The notes: generated by a model from the sequence alone, not told the origin. 32,000 bases of DNA from Desulfobulbus propionicus DSM 2032 (GCF_000186885.1 NC_014972.1:2100001-2132000); one strand, 5' to 3'; counted from the first letter of the stretch, positions 1 through 10,956 are shown. Made by a program: numbers and translations.

Positions 1-392
1 TGACCATTTTCACAGTGTGGGTCAATCTGGTCATCGCCAACGTTCTGGCAGGGCGTCAAAATAACGGGAGTCTGCCTTGGGGACGATATTCCTCCTGGAA
101 ACTGCCGGACCAGCTGATATGGCTACCCATCGTCGCCGTTTCCCTGCTGATCGTCGGGCACGGTCCAATACAGTATGGAGGAGGCTGTCTGCTTCTTGTT
201 TCCGGCCTACTCTATTTCTTTCAAGGCTTAGCTGTGGTGATCGCCTTGTTTGAACGGTGGAATGTTCCGGTGCTGGTTCGAATCATTCTTTATTTTGTTT
301 TGCTCATCCAAAGCTACAGCGTGGTTTTTCTTGCCGTGCTCGGCTTAAGTGATGTTTGGTTCAACATGAGGCAAAAATCGGACGAGCGATGA
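1..392 (+). CDS. C-terminal fragment of a multi-pass membrane protein, DUF2232/YybS-like (5' end outside window)
   Basis: Reading frame is open to the left window edge (T-I-F-T-V-W-V-N...). Hydrophobic helices and location directly upstream of rplI match the DUF2232 family context. The first listed start (15, GTG) is probably internal. Confidence 0.55.
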   Translation, partial: TIFTVWVNLVIANVLAGRQNNGSLPWGRYSSWKLPDQLIWLPIVAVSLLIVGHGPIQYGGGCLLLVSGLLYFFQGLAVVIALFERWNVPVLVRIILYFVLLIQSYSVVFLAVLGLSDVWFNMRQKSDER

Positions 393-487
393 ATCAGGTG
401 CGTTATGCATGGTTTTACTTGCGGCATGCCTGACACCTCATCGGTGCTAATTGATATATAGACGATATAACGAAGAGGGTCTTATTC

Positions 488-946
488 ATGGAAATCATAT
501 TAAAAGAAACAATCGAAACGTTGGGCCAGGAAGGCGAAATCGTTAAAGTGCGTCCTGGGTACGCCCGCAATTTCCTTATCCCTAAACAGAAAGCAGTTCT
601 GGTCAGTAAGGAATCGCTGGCTCGCTTGGAAAAGGAAAAACAGGCGATTGCCGCCCGGTTGGCCGAGCAGAAGAAGCAGGCAGAAGGCCTGGCTGCGCAG
701 CTCGAGGGGAAGGTGGTGATCATCGCCAAACGCGTCGGCGATGAAAATCGTCTGTTTGGTTCCGTTACTGGCAACGATATTGCCGTCAGCTTACAAGCGG
801 CCGGGGTAACGGTTGACAAAAAGAACATTGTTCTTCCGGATGCTATCAAGGCCATTGGCGAATACACCATCACCATCAAAACCGGTTATCAGACATCCGC
901 CAACGTGCTTGTGCAGGTTGTCGCGGAAACACCCGGCGAGGCGTGA
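488..946 (+). CDS. rplI: 50S ribosomal protein L9
   Basis: MEIILKETIETLGQEGEIVKVRPGYARNFLIPKQKAV is the classical L9 N-terminus; about 150 aa with matching C-terminal domain. Confidence 0.97.
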   Translation: MEIILKETIETLGQEGEIVKVRPGYARNFLIPKQKAVLVSKESLARLEKEKQAIAARLAEQKKQAEGLAAQLEGKVVIIAKRVGDENRLFGSVTGNDIAVSLQAAGVTVDKKNIVLPDAIKAIGEYTITIKTGYQTSANVLVQVVAETPGEA

Positions 947-1077
947 GCCCGACCCGATAACGTCCGTCTTTCTTCGCTAGGGAGCGGGGACATCGTCCTC
1001 CGTCCCCGGCCCGGCACAAGCTCTCCTCTCCCCTGGAACAGGGGCAGATGGAACTACTTATGCCGTTGGTGTGCCGT

Positions 1078-1116
1078 AACTGCCTTTTCTGCTCGCAGGA
1101 AAGGCAGTTCTATTTT
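1078..1116 (+). terminator. Predicted rho-independent terminator downstream of rplI
   Basis: Long hairpin AACTGCCTTTTCTG-CTCG-CAGGAAAGGCAGTT (10-bp outer stem 1078-1087/1100-1109, continuing inward with one wobble), followed by CTATTTT. Confidence 0.6.
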
Positions 1117-1195
1117 CAACGTGCCATTCCCTGGCGGTGACGGTATAGTTGCGCTCGCGCACAAATTTTCCTTTCTTCGGCCCCGCAATCAACCT

Positions 1196-2608
1196 ATGCA
1201 GCACCTAGTTCCTTCAACCATGCCATCTCCCCGGGTTCTTCCTCCGCAAAACATCGAGGCCGAACAAGCGGTACTGGGAACGATTCTACTGCAGGACAAA
1301 GCCTTGCTGAAGATTGTCGAGGTGCTGGAACCGGAGGACTTCTATCGGGACGCCCACAAGACCATTTATGCGGCAATGCGCACCCTTTTCGAAAAACGGG
1401 AGCCGCATGACCTGATCACCGTCACCGGCCTGCTCGGCGATCAGAATAAACTGGAAGAGGTCGGCGGTGCCGCCTATCTGGCCTCGCTCACCGATATCAT
1501 TCCCTTTTCCGGAACGCTGGTCCACCATGCCCAGATTATTCGCAAGAAATCCATCCTCCGCAAACTGATCCAAACCACCTCCGAGGTGGCCGCCCGTTGC
1601 TATGACGCCCAGGATGATATTGAAACCCTGGTTGATCAGGCTGAAAAAACCATCTTCGAAATTGCTCATTCTAACAAGGGCCAAGGGTTTCAGCCCATGG
1701 GCACCATCGTGCCCCGTGCCTTTGAACGGATCACGAGATTGTTCGACAAACAGGAACACATCACCGGCGTGGCCACCGGCTATGATGAACTCGACCGCAT
1801 GACTGCCGGTCTGCAACCCGCGGAATTGATCATTCTCGCGGCCCGTCCCTCCATGGGCAAGACCGCCTTGGCGATGAACATCGTCCAGCACGCGGCCCTG
1901 ATCGGCAAGGTGGCGGTGGCGGTGTTCAGCCTGGAAATGTCCATGGAATCCCTGGCGCTGCGCATGCTCTGCTCGGTTGGCCGCATCGATTCCCAGCGGA
2001 TTCGCACCGGCAAGCTCCACGACAATGACTGGCCCAAACTGACCCGGGCCACCGGGATGCTGGCCGATGCGCCGATCTACATCGATGACACCCCCGGCCT
2101 GACAGTGCTCGAAATGCGGGCCAAAGCGCGACGGCTGAAATCCGAGCACGATCTCGGCCTGATCGTGGTCGACTATCTCCAGCTGATGCAAGGCAAGAGC
2201 AACTCGGAGAACCGGGCCCAGGAGATCTCGGAAATCTCCCGCTCGCTCAAAGCCATGGCCAAGGAACTGGATGTACCCGTGCTGGCCTTGTCCCAGCTCA
2301 ACCGCAGCCTGGAAAACCGTACCGACAAGCGGCCCCAGCTCGCCGACCTGCGCGAATCGGGTGCCATCGAGCAGGATGCGGACGTGATCATGTTCATCTA
2401 CCGCGACGAGGTCTACAACCGAGCCGAGGACAATCCCAATCGGGGATTGGCGGAAATCATTGTCGGCAAGCAACGCAACGGACCGACCGGCATGATCAAG
2501 CTCACCTTTCTTGGCGAGTACACCACTTTTGAAAATTACACCAGCCGCCTACCCGGTTCCCATTACCAGCCGGAACCCGGTATGGCCGCTGAATTCGATT
2601 TCACCTGA
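1196..2608 (+). CDS. dnaB: Replicative DNA helicase DnaB
   Basis: Track ORF 1121..2608. Homology begins around [17 protein letters not shown], so the start is more likely 1196 or 1220. RecA-like core with Walker [23 protein letters not shown], and GKQRNGPTG near the C-terminus. No intein visible. Confidence 0.95.
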   Translation: MQHLVPSTMPSPRVLPPQNIEAEQAVLGTILLQDKALLKIVEVLEPEDFYRDAHKTIYAAMRTLFEKREPHDLITVTGLLGDQNKLEEVGGAAYLASLTDIIPFSGTLVHHAQIIRKKSILRKLIQTTSEVAARCYDAQDDIETLVDQAEKTIFEIAHSNKGQGFQPMGTIVPRAFERITRLFDKQEHITGVATGYDELDRMTAGLQPAELIILAARPSMGKTALAMNIVQHAALIGKVAVAVFSLEMSMESLALRMLCSVGRIDSQRIRTGKLHDNDWPKLTRATGMLADAPIYIDDTPGLTVLEMRAKARRLKSEHDLGLIVVDYLQLMQGKSNSENRAQEISEISRSLKAMAKELDVPVLALSQLNRSLENRTDKRPQLADLRESGAIEQDADVIMFIYRDEVYNRAEDNPNRGLAEIIVGKQRNGPTGMIKLTFLGEYTTFENYTSRLPGSHYQPEPGMAAEFDFT

Positions 2609-2652
2609 TTCGATACCGACCTTCAACCATCTCAACATTCGCACAGCCCGTC

Positions 2653-5124
2653 ATGCAGATCAACGACAAGTACGATTTCAAGGCCATCGAGCAGCGATGG
2701 CAGCAACGCTGGGAACAGGAAACGACCAACAAAGTCAGCCATCAACCGGGACGGCCCAAATACTATGTCCTGGAGATGTTCCCCTACCCGTCCGGCCGGA
2801 TTCACATGGGGCATGTGCGCAACTATTCCATCGGCGATGTCATCGCCCGTTACAAACGGATGCAGGGGTTCAACGTCCTCCATCCCATGGGGTGGGATGC
2901 CTTCGGCCTGCCGGCGGAGAATGCGGCCATGAAACGGGGCATCCACCCAGCCTCCTGGACCTATGAGAACATCGACTACATGCGCGGTCAGCTCAAGGCC
3001 ATGGGCTTAAGCTATGATTGGGACCGGGAACTGGCCACCTGCGGGCCAGAATACTACCGCTGGGAACAGCAGCTGTTTCTCAAGATGCTCGAACGCGGCC
3101 TGATTTATCGCAAGGAGACCACGGTCAACTGGTGCGACGACTGCCAGACCGTGCTTGCCCGTGAGCAGGTGATTGACGGCACCTGCTGGCGTTGCGACCA
3201 GCCGGTCCTGCCCAAGACCATGCACGGTTGGTTTTTCAAGATCACTGATTATGCCGAGGAATTGCTGGCCGATCTCGATAAACTCGGCGGCTGGCCGGAG
3301 AAAGTGGTCACCATGCAGCGCAACTGGATCGGCAAAAGCACTGGCCTGGCCTGCGACTTCAAGGTGGAAGGGACTGACCAGACGATCACCATCTTCACCA
3401 CCCGGCCGGACACCATTTTTGGCGTTACCTTCATGTCCCTGGCGGTGGAGCATCCCCTGCTCAAGACCCTGACCGCCGGCAAGTCTCAGGAAGCGCAGGT
3501 ACGAACCTTCATCGAGGAGACCATGGTGGCCAAGCAGCGGGCCAGCCTGGACCAGGAGGTGGAAAAGCGGGGGGTATTCACCGGCAGCTACTGCACCAAT
3601 CCTTTTACCGGCGAGCGAGTGCCGATCTACGCCGCCAACTTCGTGCTCATGGAGTACGGCACCGGCGCGGTCATGGCTGTTCCCGCCCATGATCAGCGTG
3701 ATTTTGAATTTGCCCGCAAGTACGACCTGCCGATCCGGGTGGTGGTGCAACCCGAAGGCGATTCCCTGGATCCGGTCACCATGACCGCCGCGTCGGAGGG
3801 TCCGGGCATGCTGGTTGCCTCCGGTGCCTTCACTGGCATGGATTCCCTTTCCGCGCAACAGGCGATCATCGACCATGCCCACCAGGCCGGATTCGGACGA
3901 CCGCATGTCACCTACCGGTTGCGCGATTGGGGTATTTCCCGCCAGCGCTACTGGGGAGCGCCCATCCCGGTGATCCACTGCGACAGCTGCGGCATCGTGC
4001 CGGTGCCCGAATCGGACCTGCCCATCCTCCTCCCCGGTGCTGGCGAGCCCAAGGGCAGCCACAGCCCGCTTCATCAGCAAGAAGCGTTCATCGCCACCGC
4101 CTGTCCGCGCTGTGGCAAACCCGCCCGCCGGGAAACCGATACCCTCGACACTTTTGTCGAGTCTTCCTGGTACTTTGCCCGCTACACCAATCCAGGACTC
4201 GACACCGCGCCCATCGACAGAGAGGCCGCCGCCTACTGGCTGCCGGTGGATCAGTACATCGGCGGGGTGGAGCATGCCATCCTCCATCTGCTCTATGCCC
4301 GTTTCTTCACCAAGATGCTGCGCGATCTCGGCTACCTGAGTGTGGATGAGCCCTTCACCAACCTGCTCACCCAGGGCATGGTGATCAAGGATGGCGCCAA
4401 GATGTCCAAATCCAAAGGCAACGTGGTCGATCCCAACGAGCTGATCCAACAGTATGGTGCCGATACGGTCCGTCTGTTCTCGTTGTTTGCCGCACCGCCG
4501 GAACGGGATCTGGAATGGAACGCCCAGGGCGTGGAAGGCGCCTCGCGCTTCCTCAACCGAGTCTACCGGCTGGTGGTGCAGAATCTTTCCTGCTTCCAAC
4601 AGCCGGCCGCTGTCGATCTCACCGCCCTCAACGAACCGTCTCGGGCGCTGTATCGTAAAACCCACCAAACCATTCGGCGGGTGACCGAAAGCATCGAGAG
4701 CAATTTTCACTTCAATACCGCCATCTCCGGAGTCATGGAACTGGTCAACCTGGCCACCACCCAGACCGACGAGCCCATCGACCCGGCAGTGCAGCGGGAA
4801 ACCCTGGAAACCATCCTTACCCTGCTCTTTCCCATGGTCCCCCACTTCTGCGAGGAATTGTGGGCGATCTCGGGCCATACCCGGCAGCTCCATCACACCT
4901 CCTGGCCTGCCTTCAATATCGAGGCGGCCAAGGAAGATGAGATTACCATCGTCGTCCAGGTCAACGGCAAGGTGCGGGCCAAACTACAGGTCCCCGCCGA
5001 TATCGACGACCAAACCCTGCGGCAGCAGGCCTTGTCCGAGGAAAAAATCGCCAAGCTGCTCGACGACAAATCACCGAAAAAGGTGATCGTAGTGCAAAAG
5101 AAATTGGTGAATATTGTCCTGTAA
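2653..5124 (+). CDS. leuS: Leucyl-tRNA synthetase
   Basis: Class I signatures [18 protein letters not shown] (HIGH) and [12 protein letters not shown] (KMSKS); 823 aa; editing domain with TTRPDTIFG. Confidence 0.98.
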   Translation: MQINDKYDFKAIEQRWQQRWEQETTNKVSHQPGRPKYYVLEMFPYPSGRIHMGHVRNYSIGDVIARYKRMQGFNVLHPMGWDAFGLPAENAAMKRGIHPASWTYENIDYMRGQLKAMGLSYDWDRELATCGPEYYRWEQQLFLKMLERGLIYRKETTVNWCDDCQTVLAREQVIDGTCWRCDQPVLPKTMHGWFFKITDYAEELLADLDKLGGWPEKVVTMQRNWIGKSTGLACDFKVEGTDQTITIFTTRPDTIFGVTFMSLAVEHPLLKTLTAGKSQEAQVRTFIEETMVAKQRASLDQEVEKRGVFTGSYCTNPFTGERVPIYAANFVLMEYGTGAVMAVPAHDQRDFEFARKYDLPIRVVVQPEGDSLDPVTMTAASEGPGMLVASGAFTGMDSLSAQQAIIDHAHQAGFGRPHVTYRLRDWGISRQRYWGAPIPVIHCDSCGIVPVPESDLPILLPGAGEPKGSHSPLHQQEAFIATACPRCGKPARRETDTLDTFVESSWYFARYTNPGLDTAPIDREAAAYWLPVDQYIGGVEHAILHLLYARFFTKMLRDLGYLSVDEPFTNLLTQGMVIKDGAKMSKSKGNVVDPNELIQQYGADTVRLFSLFAAPPERDLEWNAQGVEGASRFLNRVYRLVVQNLSCFQQPAAVDLTALNEPSRALYRKTHQTIRRVTESIESNFHFNTAISGVMELVNLATTQTDEPIDPAVQRETLETILTLLFPMVPHFCEELWAISGHTRQLHHTSWPAFNIEAAKEDEITIVVQVNGKVRAKLQVPADIDDQTLRQQALSEEKIAKLLDDKSPKKVIVVQKKLVNIVL

Positions 5125-5194
5125 TCCATTCACGCCATGCTCGCCGCCGATCCTGGTCCCGGCCTCTGATCGCCGACTTGAAGGAAGGAATGCC

Positions 5195-5737
5195 ATGCGA
5201 AACTTGCCATCGATCCAATGGGGGATCATCTTGCTCTGCCTGCTGCTGCTCAGTGGCTGCGGCTATTATTTTCCCCATGTCTATGAAGGCGGGCACAAGG
5301 TCATCTACATGCCCGCCTGGAAAAACCGGACCAATAAACTGAACCTGGACATGAAGATTTATCAGTCCCTGTCCCGTTGGTTTCAAAAGTCCCAATCGGT
5401 CGACCTGTCCAAGGAAAAGAGCGGTGCCGATTTTATCCTGGCGGGAGAGATTCTGTCCATCGATCTGCCCACCGTTTCCTGGAACAGTGTTTCCGACGCC
5501 ACCGGTACCAAGGTGAACCTCACGGTTCGTTATGCCCTCAAGGATGTCCAATCAGGCAAGATCATCTGGGAAGTGCCCCGCAAGCTTTACACTGCCGATT
5601 ATACGGTGCAAACGGCGACCAGCGCCGCCGATGACCAAGCCCTGGCCACCATCATCGAGGACATGTCGGAAAACATCTACCTGGGAACCCTCAATAAAAT
5701 CCGCAAACAACAGGCTCAATCGCCACCGCCCAAGTGA
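5195..5737 (+). CDS. lptE: LptE-like LPS-assembly lipoprotein
   Basis: Start refined from 5114 to the ATG at 5195. Lipobox LLLLSGC, GYYF motif after the Cys, and location directly after leuS as is common for lptE. Confidence 0.75.
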   Translation: MRNLPSIQWGIILLCLLLLSGCGYYFPHVYEGGHKVIYMPAWKNRTNKLNLDMKIYQSLSRWFQKSQSVDLSKEKSGADFILAGEILSIDLPTVSWNSVSDATGTKVNLTVRYALKDVQSGKIIWEVPRKLYTADYTVQTATSAADDQALATIIEDMSENIYLGTLNKIRKQQAQSPPPK

Positions 5738-5758
5738 ACGTAACCCCAACGGTTGATC

Positions 5759-5793
5759 AAGGCGCCACGGAGCAGTCTGCGGCGCCTTTTTCT
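5759..5793 (+). terminator. Rho-independent terminator downstream of lptE
   Basis: AAGGCGCC (5759-5766) pairs with GGCGCCTT (5781-5788), followed by a T-rich tail. Confidence 0.75.
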
Positions 5794-5807
5794 TTCCTTT
5801 TCATTGT

Positions 5808-6797
5808 ATGGACCATACCCTGACAACCGCCCTGCCCCCCCTCACCATCGGCTCCCTGCATCTGGGCAACTCGTTGGTGCTGGCTCCCTTGGCCGGCTAT
5901 ACCGATCTGCCCTTCCGCCTGTTGTGTCGGGAAAACGGCGCGGCCCTGTGCTTTTCCGAGATGATCAGTTGCCACGGCCTAGTGTACGAGCAGAAGAATA
6001 CGCTAGAACTGCTGCGAACGGTTCCGGAAGAGCGACCCTTCGCCGTCCAGTTGTTCGGCAGTGAACCGGAATTGATGGCCAGGGCGACGGCCATGGTCTC
6101 CTCCGGACCGGTGGATCTGATCGATATCAACATGGGCTGTCCGGTGCGCAAGGTAATCAAGAAGGGCTGCGGGGCGGCGCTGATGAAAGACCCCCAGCGG
6201 GCCGAGGCCATTATTCGGGCGGTGTGCGCCCAGACCTCCCTGCCGGTGACGGTCAAATTCCGCAGCGGCTGGACCGGGGAGAGCGTTAACGCCCCGCAGT
6301 TTGCCGCCATGGCCGAAGCGGCCGGCGCCTCGGCGGTCACCATTCATGGCCGCACCTGGGTGCAGGGGTTCGGCGGCCGCGCCGACCGACGGGTCATCCG
6401 GGCGGTGAAGGATGCGGTGTCAATTCCGGTGATTGGCAACGGCGACATCCTTACCCGTGCCGATGCACTGGAGATGATGGCCGAAACCGGGTGCGACGGA
6501 GTGATGGTGGGACGGGGTGCGCTCGGCAACCCCTGGCTGTTCTCGCCGTCGGGCAGGCCGGCGACCCTGGCAAACCGGTTGCCGGTGATTGAACGCTATC
6601 TCCAATTGGCTGAACAGTTTCTGCCCCTGGACAAAGTGCTGTTCAAGGTGAAAAATCACACCGCCAAGTTTCTCTCCGGCCTTGCCGGCGCGGCCACCCT
6701 CCGCCATGCCCTCTATGCCTGCGACAGCACCGAGGAAATGCTCGCCCTGCTCGCGCGTCACAGTGCGGCAACCGACCACGATGCCCCTCACTCCTGA
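5808..6797 (+). CDS. dus: tRNA-dihydrouridine synthase
   Basis: LAPLAGYTDLPFRLLCRENGA, DINMGCPVRKVIKKGCGAALM, VTVKFRSGW, VIGNGDI, GVMVGRGALGNPWLF are Dus family motifs. Confidence 0.95.
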   Translation: MDHTLTTALPPLTIGSLHLGNSLVLAPLAGYTDLPFRLLCRENGAALCFSEMISCHGLVYEQKNTLELLRTVPEERPFAVQLFGSEPELMARATAMVSSGPVDLIDINMGCPVRKVIKKGCGAALMKDPQRAEAIIRAVCAQTSLPVTVKFRSGWTGESVNAPQFAAMAEAAGASAVTIHGRTWVQGFGGRADRRVIRAVKDAVSIPVIGNGDILTRADALEMMAETGCDGVMVGRGALGNPWLFSPSGRPATLANRLPVIERYLQLAEQFLPLDKVLFKVKNHTAKFLSGLAGAATLRHALYACDSTEEMLALLARHSAATDHDAPHS

Positions 6798-7564
6798 GGT
6801 TCGGGGGCAATCATTTTCGGTGCCGCCATCTTTTCTACCTGCCGATACAATTCCAGAGAGAGGGCTTGGGCCCGGTTCAGTTCTTCCCAGGACATCTCCA
6901 TCATCAGGTTGTTGCGATTGATGGCGGCAACGGTGTTACCCCGGCTGGCGGCCAGCGAATACCAGGCATACCCCCTTGCCCTATCGGTGGCGGTGCCGGT
7001 GCCTGTCGCGTACATCAGCCCGACGTTGGCCTGGGCCATGGTGTCTCCCTGCTGGGCCGCCTGCTCGTACAGTTCAAGCGCTTTTTGATAGTCGCGATCA
7101 CCGCCCAAACCGTTGTAATACAGGTAGGCCAAGTCGTTCTGCGCCGCCCGGTTGCCCTGCGCGGCCGCATTGGTCAACCATTTTTTCGCTTCAAGGTAAT
7201 TCTGCGGCACCGTGCTGCCACGCAGATACATGGCACCGATAATGGCCAGCGACTCCGGCGAGACCTTGCCCTGCTCGGCCGCCGCGAGCAGCCACTTGAA
7301 GCCGCCGCGCTTGTCCGGATCGGTTCCCTGTCCCTGATAGAGCATGCCGCCATAGACAAACTGGGCCTCGGCATCGCCGCGCTCCGCCGCCTGCCGATAC
7401 AACCCCAGGGAGCGGGCCAGATCGACCGGCCGGCCGATACCGTAGTAGGCGCGGTAGGCCTGGGCCTTGAGTTGCCGGATCACGGCCTCCGGCTCGCCGG
7501 TTTGCGCCCAACCAACGGTGACCAGAAAAAAAACAACCAAAAGCGAACCGAATGACCGTTGCAT
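6788..7564 (-). CDS. Secreted/periplasmic Sel1-like repeat (SLR/TPR) protein
   Basis: Track ORF to 7681; start refined to MQRSFGSLLVVFFLVTVGWAQ (signal peptide). Repeated units such as GDAEAQFVYGGMLYQG.., GNRAAQNDLAYLYYNGLG.., GDTMAQANVGLMYATG.. are Sel1 repeats. Confidence 0.88.
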   Translation of the reverse strand: MQRSFGSLLVVFFLVTVGWAQTGEPEAVIRQLKAQAYRAYYGIGRPVDLARSLGLYRQAAERGDAEAQFVYGGMLYQGQGTDPDKRGGFKWLLAAAEQGKVSPESLAIIGAMYLRGSTVPQNYLEAKKWLTNAAAQGNRAAQNDLAYLYYNGLGGDRDYQKALELYEQAAQQGDTMAQANVGLMYATGTGTATDRARGYAWYSLAASRGNTVAAINRNNLMMEMSWEELNRAQALSLELYRQVEKMAAPKMIAPEPQE

Positions 7565-7698
7565 GGCCTCACCCCATGAACAGAAAAGTATGCACGAACC
7601 GACCAGCTTCTGGTTAAACCGCATGGGCCACGCCGCTTCAAGCAAAAAGCGGACACACCGAGGACAATGGCGCGGATTCATTCGGCCCCATCGGCCGG

Positions 7699-9957
7699 TC
7701 AGCTGGTGAGGGCGCGATAGATTTCCGGCATCCGTGCCGGCAGTTGGTTGACCTTGTCGATGAAGATGTAGTTGACCTCGCCGTACATGTGGTTCATGTA
7801 CTCGTGGGCCTGACGGTCGATGGTGATGCAGAAGGGATGAATGCCCTTTGCCTTGGCTTCAAGCAGGGCGTGGCGGGTGTCCTCGATGGCGTAGTCGCCC
7901 TTGTAGTCGTCATAATCCTCGGGCTTGCCGTCGGAGAGCACGATCAGCAGGCGGATCTTGGCCTCCACTCCGGCAAACATCGAGGTCATGTGGCGAATGG
8001 CCGGGGCCATGCGGGTGTACTCGCGGGGACCGATGGCGCTGATCCGTTGTCGCACTCCTTGGGAGTAGCGCTCCTCCATGCGTTTGACCGGAAAAATCTC
8101 ACAGCGCAGCCGCCGCATGCCGGAAAAACCGTAGATGGCGTAGCGGTCGTTGAGGACCTCCATGGCTTCGCAGATCAGCACCAGGGCCTCCTTGATCGAT
8201 TGGCCGACCCAACCGCTGGTGGAGTTGGACATGTCGACCAGAAAGGTGACCGCGATATCGCGCTGATCCCGGGCCAGGCGGATGAACACCCGGTCCGATG
8301 GCGGCCGGCCGGCGGCGTTGTCGGCCAGGGATTCGACCAGGGCGTCAAGATCGATGTCGTTGCCCTCCCGCTGCCTGCGGACGAACCGTTCGCTGGTCTG
8401 CAGCAACTCGAACTGATGGCGCAGACGGCGAATCTGCCCCCGGTACTGCTTGAGGGTGTGCTCGATGAAATCGTTGCGCACCGGCTGAAGCTCCCGTTCC
8501 AGGACCACGCACCAGTTCTTGCGAAACCCCTTGCGGCGGTAATCCCATTCGTCATACACCACCGGTTCGACGCTCTCCTGCCCGCCCGCCCCGCCCCCCT
8601 GACGACCGAGGGTGAACACCTTGCCCGGCTGGCCTTCGCTGGCGCTGTTTCCCTGTTCACTGGTTCTGGTGGGGGTCTGATGTTGCTGATCCTGTCGGCT
8701 GCTTTCCTGAACCGCTTCGCTGATGTCGAACGGCTGCATCTGGGACTGGATGAACGGGCTCAACTGTTCCCAGGAGTTTTCCACGTCCATGATCAGGGCA
8801 ATGTCCTGTCCCTGCTGGCCCGAGGTGCCGTCGGGATTGTGCTCGTCGGCGGCGGTCTTGTTCTTTCCCTGCGGCAGCTGGACGTGCACGCTCTGCATCA
8901 TCCGCAATTCCTTGTCCATCTTCTGTTTCAACCCCAGATTGCGCATCTCCTGCAACCGCAGGGTACCCTGAAAAATCAACGGGCTGGTCTGGTCGAAGTT
9001 GTCGTCCGGGGCCAGTAGCGGCATCAGTTCACGAACCGCTTCCAAGCTGGCCACGTTGTCGGCCGTGTGCTGCTCGCACCCCTTGAGCAGGGCCATGGCC
9101 CGATCATCCACCGGCAACCGGCCCGGCTCGGTGCGGATACCGCGGAGAAACTCCAGTTGCAGCCGCTCAAGCAGATTGGGGGTGCCGGCCTCGTCGGCAG
9201 CCATCGGTAGCCGGGCCAGCAGCGGTCCTGCCTCGCGCATCAATCCCGGCAGCTCCTGGCGCAGGAAAGCCAACAGCCGCCCGGTTTCAAAGAAATGATA
9301 GAGGCAGCGCGCATTGGCGGGCTGGCTGAACTCGGAAAAAAAACAGTCGAGCGGATGCGCTCCTTTCTTGCGCAACGGCAGATGCTGGGGGGCCGCATAG
9401 GTGCCGGCCTGGAGACTGGCCCACTGGAAGCTGGCCATCAGTTTGTAGAGCAGGAAATTTTCCCCATGCTCGGCAAACAGACCGACCTCGCTGGGCAGAT
9501 AGATGGATTCGGCGTCGGTGGAGGCATCGGCCGCGCCGATCAGGGGCAATTCGCGTCCGGCCAAGCCGTTGACATAGGGTTGCAACCGGGGGCGGACGTC
9601 GATCAGCCGCAAACTGCCCTCGCCCCGGCGGTGGCAGACAAAGTGCTGCTCCACGTTCTCCATGAACTGTTGCGCCCCTCGCAGCCCCTCGGTCTCGTAC
9701 CGATCGAGCAGGGTGTGGACCCATATTGACAACTCATCCGCCTTCAGGCAGCACAACGCCGGGCCAGCGGCGGACAAATAGGCAAAGCAGAGCGAATGCG
9801 ACACCGGCCAGATGGCGGGAATCTGCGCGAAAATATCCTCCACATATTCCGCTTCGTCGGTGGCCAGTCCGCTGAGCGCCTCCTCCACGTCCCACTCGTT
9901 GGGTAGGCTGGGGGCCACCATGCGGTAGAATTTTTCCTTGAGCGTTTCCAGATCCAT
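7699..9957 (-). CDS. CbbO/NorD-family protein with C-terminal von Willebrand factor A domain
   Basis: MIDAS motif FLVDMSNSTSG (DxSxS), and LIVLSDGKPEDYDDYKGDYAIEDTRHALLEAKAKGIHPFCITID typical of NorD/CbbO. Directly downstream of a CbbQ-type ATPase. Confidence 0.88.
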   Translation of the reverse strand: MDLETLKEKFYRMVAPSLPNEWDVEEALSGLATDEAEYVEDIFAQIPAIWPVSHSLCFAYLSAAGPALCCLKADELSIWVHTLLDRYETEGLRGAQQFMENVEQHFVCHRRGEGSLRLIDVRPRLQPYVNGLAGRELPLIGAADASTDAESIYLPSEVGLFAEHGENFLLYKLMASFQWASLQAGTYAAPQHLPLRKKGAHPLDCFFSEFSQPANARCLYHFFETGRLLAFLRQELPGLMREAGPLLARLPMAADEAGTPNLLERLQLEFLRGIRTEPGRLPVDDRAMALLKGCEQHTADNVASLEAVRELMPLLAPDDNFDQTSPLIFQGTLRLQEMRNLGLKQKMDKELRMMQSVHVQLPQGKNKTAADEHNPDGTSGQQGQDIALIMDVENSWEQLSPFIQSQMQPFDISEAVQESSRQDQQHQTPTRTSEQGNSASEGQPGKVFTLGRQGGGAGGQESVEPVVYDEWDYRRKGFRKNWCVVLERELQPVRNDFIEHTLKQYRGQIRRLRHQFELLQTSERFVRRQREGNDIDLDALVESLADNAAGRPPSDRVFIRLARDQRDIAVTFLVDMSNSTSGWVGQSIKEALVLICEAMEVLNDRYAIYGFSGMRRLRCEIFPVKRMEERYSQGVRQRISAIGPREYTRMAPAIRHMTSMFAGVEAKIRLLIVLSDGKPEDYDDYKGDYAIEDTRHALLEAKAKGIHPFCITIDRQAHEYMNHMYGEVNYIFIDKVNQLPARMPEIYRALTS

Positions 9958-9962
9958 CGCTT

Positions 9963-10775
9963 TCAGAACAACGAACTGATCATCTCGTCCATGGCCGCCA
10001 GCAGTTCACGGTCGTCGGTCAGGGCCTCGCTGATGGCGGCGCGGCAGGCGGTCTTGATGGGGATGCCCCGGCCGATCAGCTTGCCGGTCTGAATCAAGAG
10101 CCGGGTCGAGGCGCCCTCGGCCAGCCCCGAATCCTTGAGGCCGCGGGTCATGGCGGCCAGCTTGACCAGTGGCTTGGCGATCTCCATCCCCAGCCGCCCT
10201 TCCCGGCAGACAATCTCCATCTCCCGCTCGGGATCGGGATAATCGAAGGACAGGGCAATGAATCGCTGGCGGGTCGAGGCCTTGAGGTCCTTGAGCACGC
10301 TCTGGTAACCGGGGTTGTAGGAGACCGCCAGCATGAATTCGGCCGGCGCGGTCAGCAGTTCGCCGCGTTTTTCGATCGGCAGTTGCCGCCGGTCGTCGGC
10401 CAAGGGATGAATGACCACGGTGGTGTCCTTGCGCGCCTCGACAATCTCGTCTAGATAGCAGATGGCCCCGGCCCGGACGGCCATAGTCAGCGGACCGTCG
10501 GTCCACACCGCCTCGCCGGCCCGGATCAGATAGCGGCCGACCAGGTCGGAGGTGGAGAGGTCGTCGTGACAGGAGACCGTCACCAGCGGCCGTTGCAGCC
10601 GCCAGGCCAGGTACTGCATGAAACGGGTCTTACCGCAGCCAGTGGGGCCTTTGAGCAACAGCGGCGAGCCGTCGTGATAGGCGGCGTCGGCAATGGCCAG
10701 CTCGTCGCCGGTGGGCAGATAATAGGGTTCTTGTTCGATGCGGTATTCGTCGATTCGCAGTTGTCGTCCTGGCAT
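9963..10775 (-). CDS. MoxR-type AAA+ ATPase, CbbQ/NirQ/NorQ family
   Basis: Walker A LLLKGPTGCGKTRF, DLVGRYLI, Walker B AICYLDEIVEARKDTTVVIHPLADDRR, and SYNPGYQSVLKDLKASTRQRF(I)AL, characteristic of CbbQ/NorQ. Confidence 0.93.
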   Translation of the reverse strand: MPGRQLRIDEYRIEQEPYYLPTGDELAIADAAYHDGSPLLLKGPTGCGKTRFMQYLAWRLQRPLVTVSCHDDLSTSDLVGRYLIRAGEAVWTDGPLTMAVRAGAICYLDEIVEARKDTTVVIHPLADDRRQLPIEKRGELLTAPAEFMLAVSYNPGYQSVLKDLKASTRQRFIALSFDYPDPEREMEIVCREGRLGMEIAKPLVKLAAMTRGLKDSGLAEGASTRLLIQTGKLIGRGIPIKTACRAAISEALTDDRELLAAMDEMISSLF

Positions 10776-10956
10776 GGGGTTCTCCGCAGTTGTTTTCTGC
10801 CAACAATAAGACGGCCGCGCACGGTTGACAAGCGTGCTTTTCCGGCGATTTCATTTGCTTATTGCGCAAAGGCGGGGCCATGAGTACATTGCCCACATAC
10901 CCGGCGCCCCTCTTTCATCCTCCGCGAGCGCAGACACCGACCTTGGTCTTGACAGT

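Noticed and set aside
1286-2473. 395-aa ORF on - antisense to dnaB
   Set aside because: Fully inside dnaB on the opposite strand; composition typical of an antisense artefact.
3007-4896. 629-aa ORF on - antisense to leuS
   Set aside because: Shadow frame of a clear leuS gene in GC-rich DNA; low-complexity G/R/H/V-rich translation with no recognisable domain.
7744-9018. 424-aa ORF on + antisense to the CbbO/NorD gene
   Set aside because: The minus-strand ORF has definitive vWA/MIDAS motifs; the plus ORF has none.
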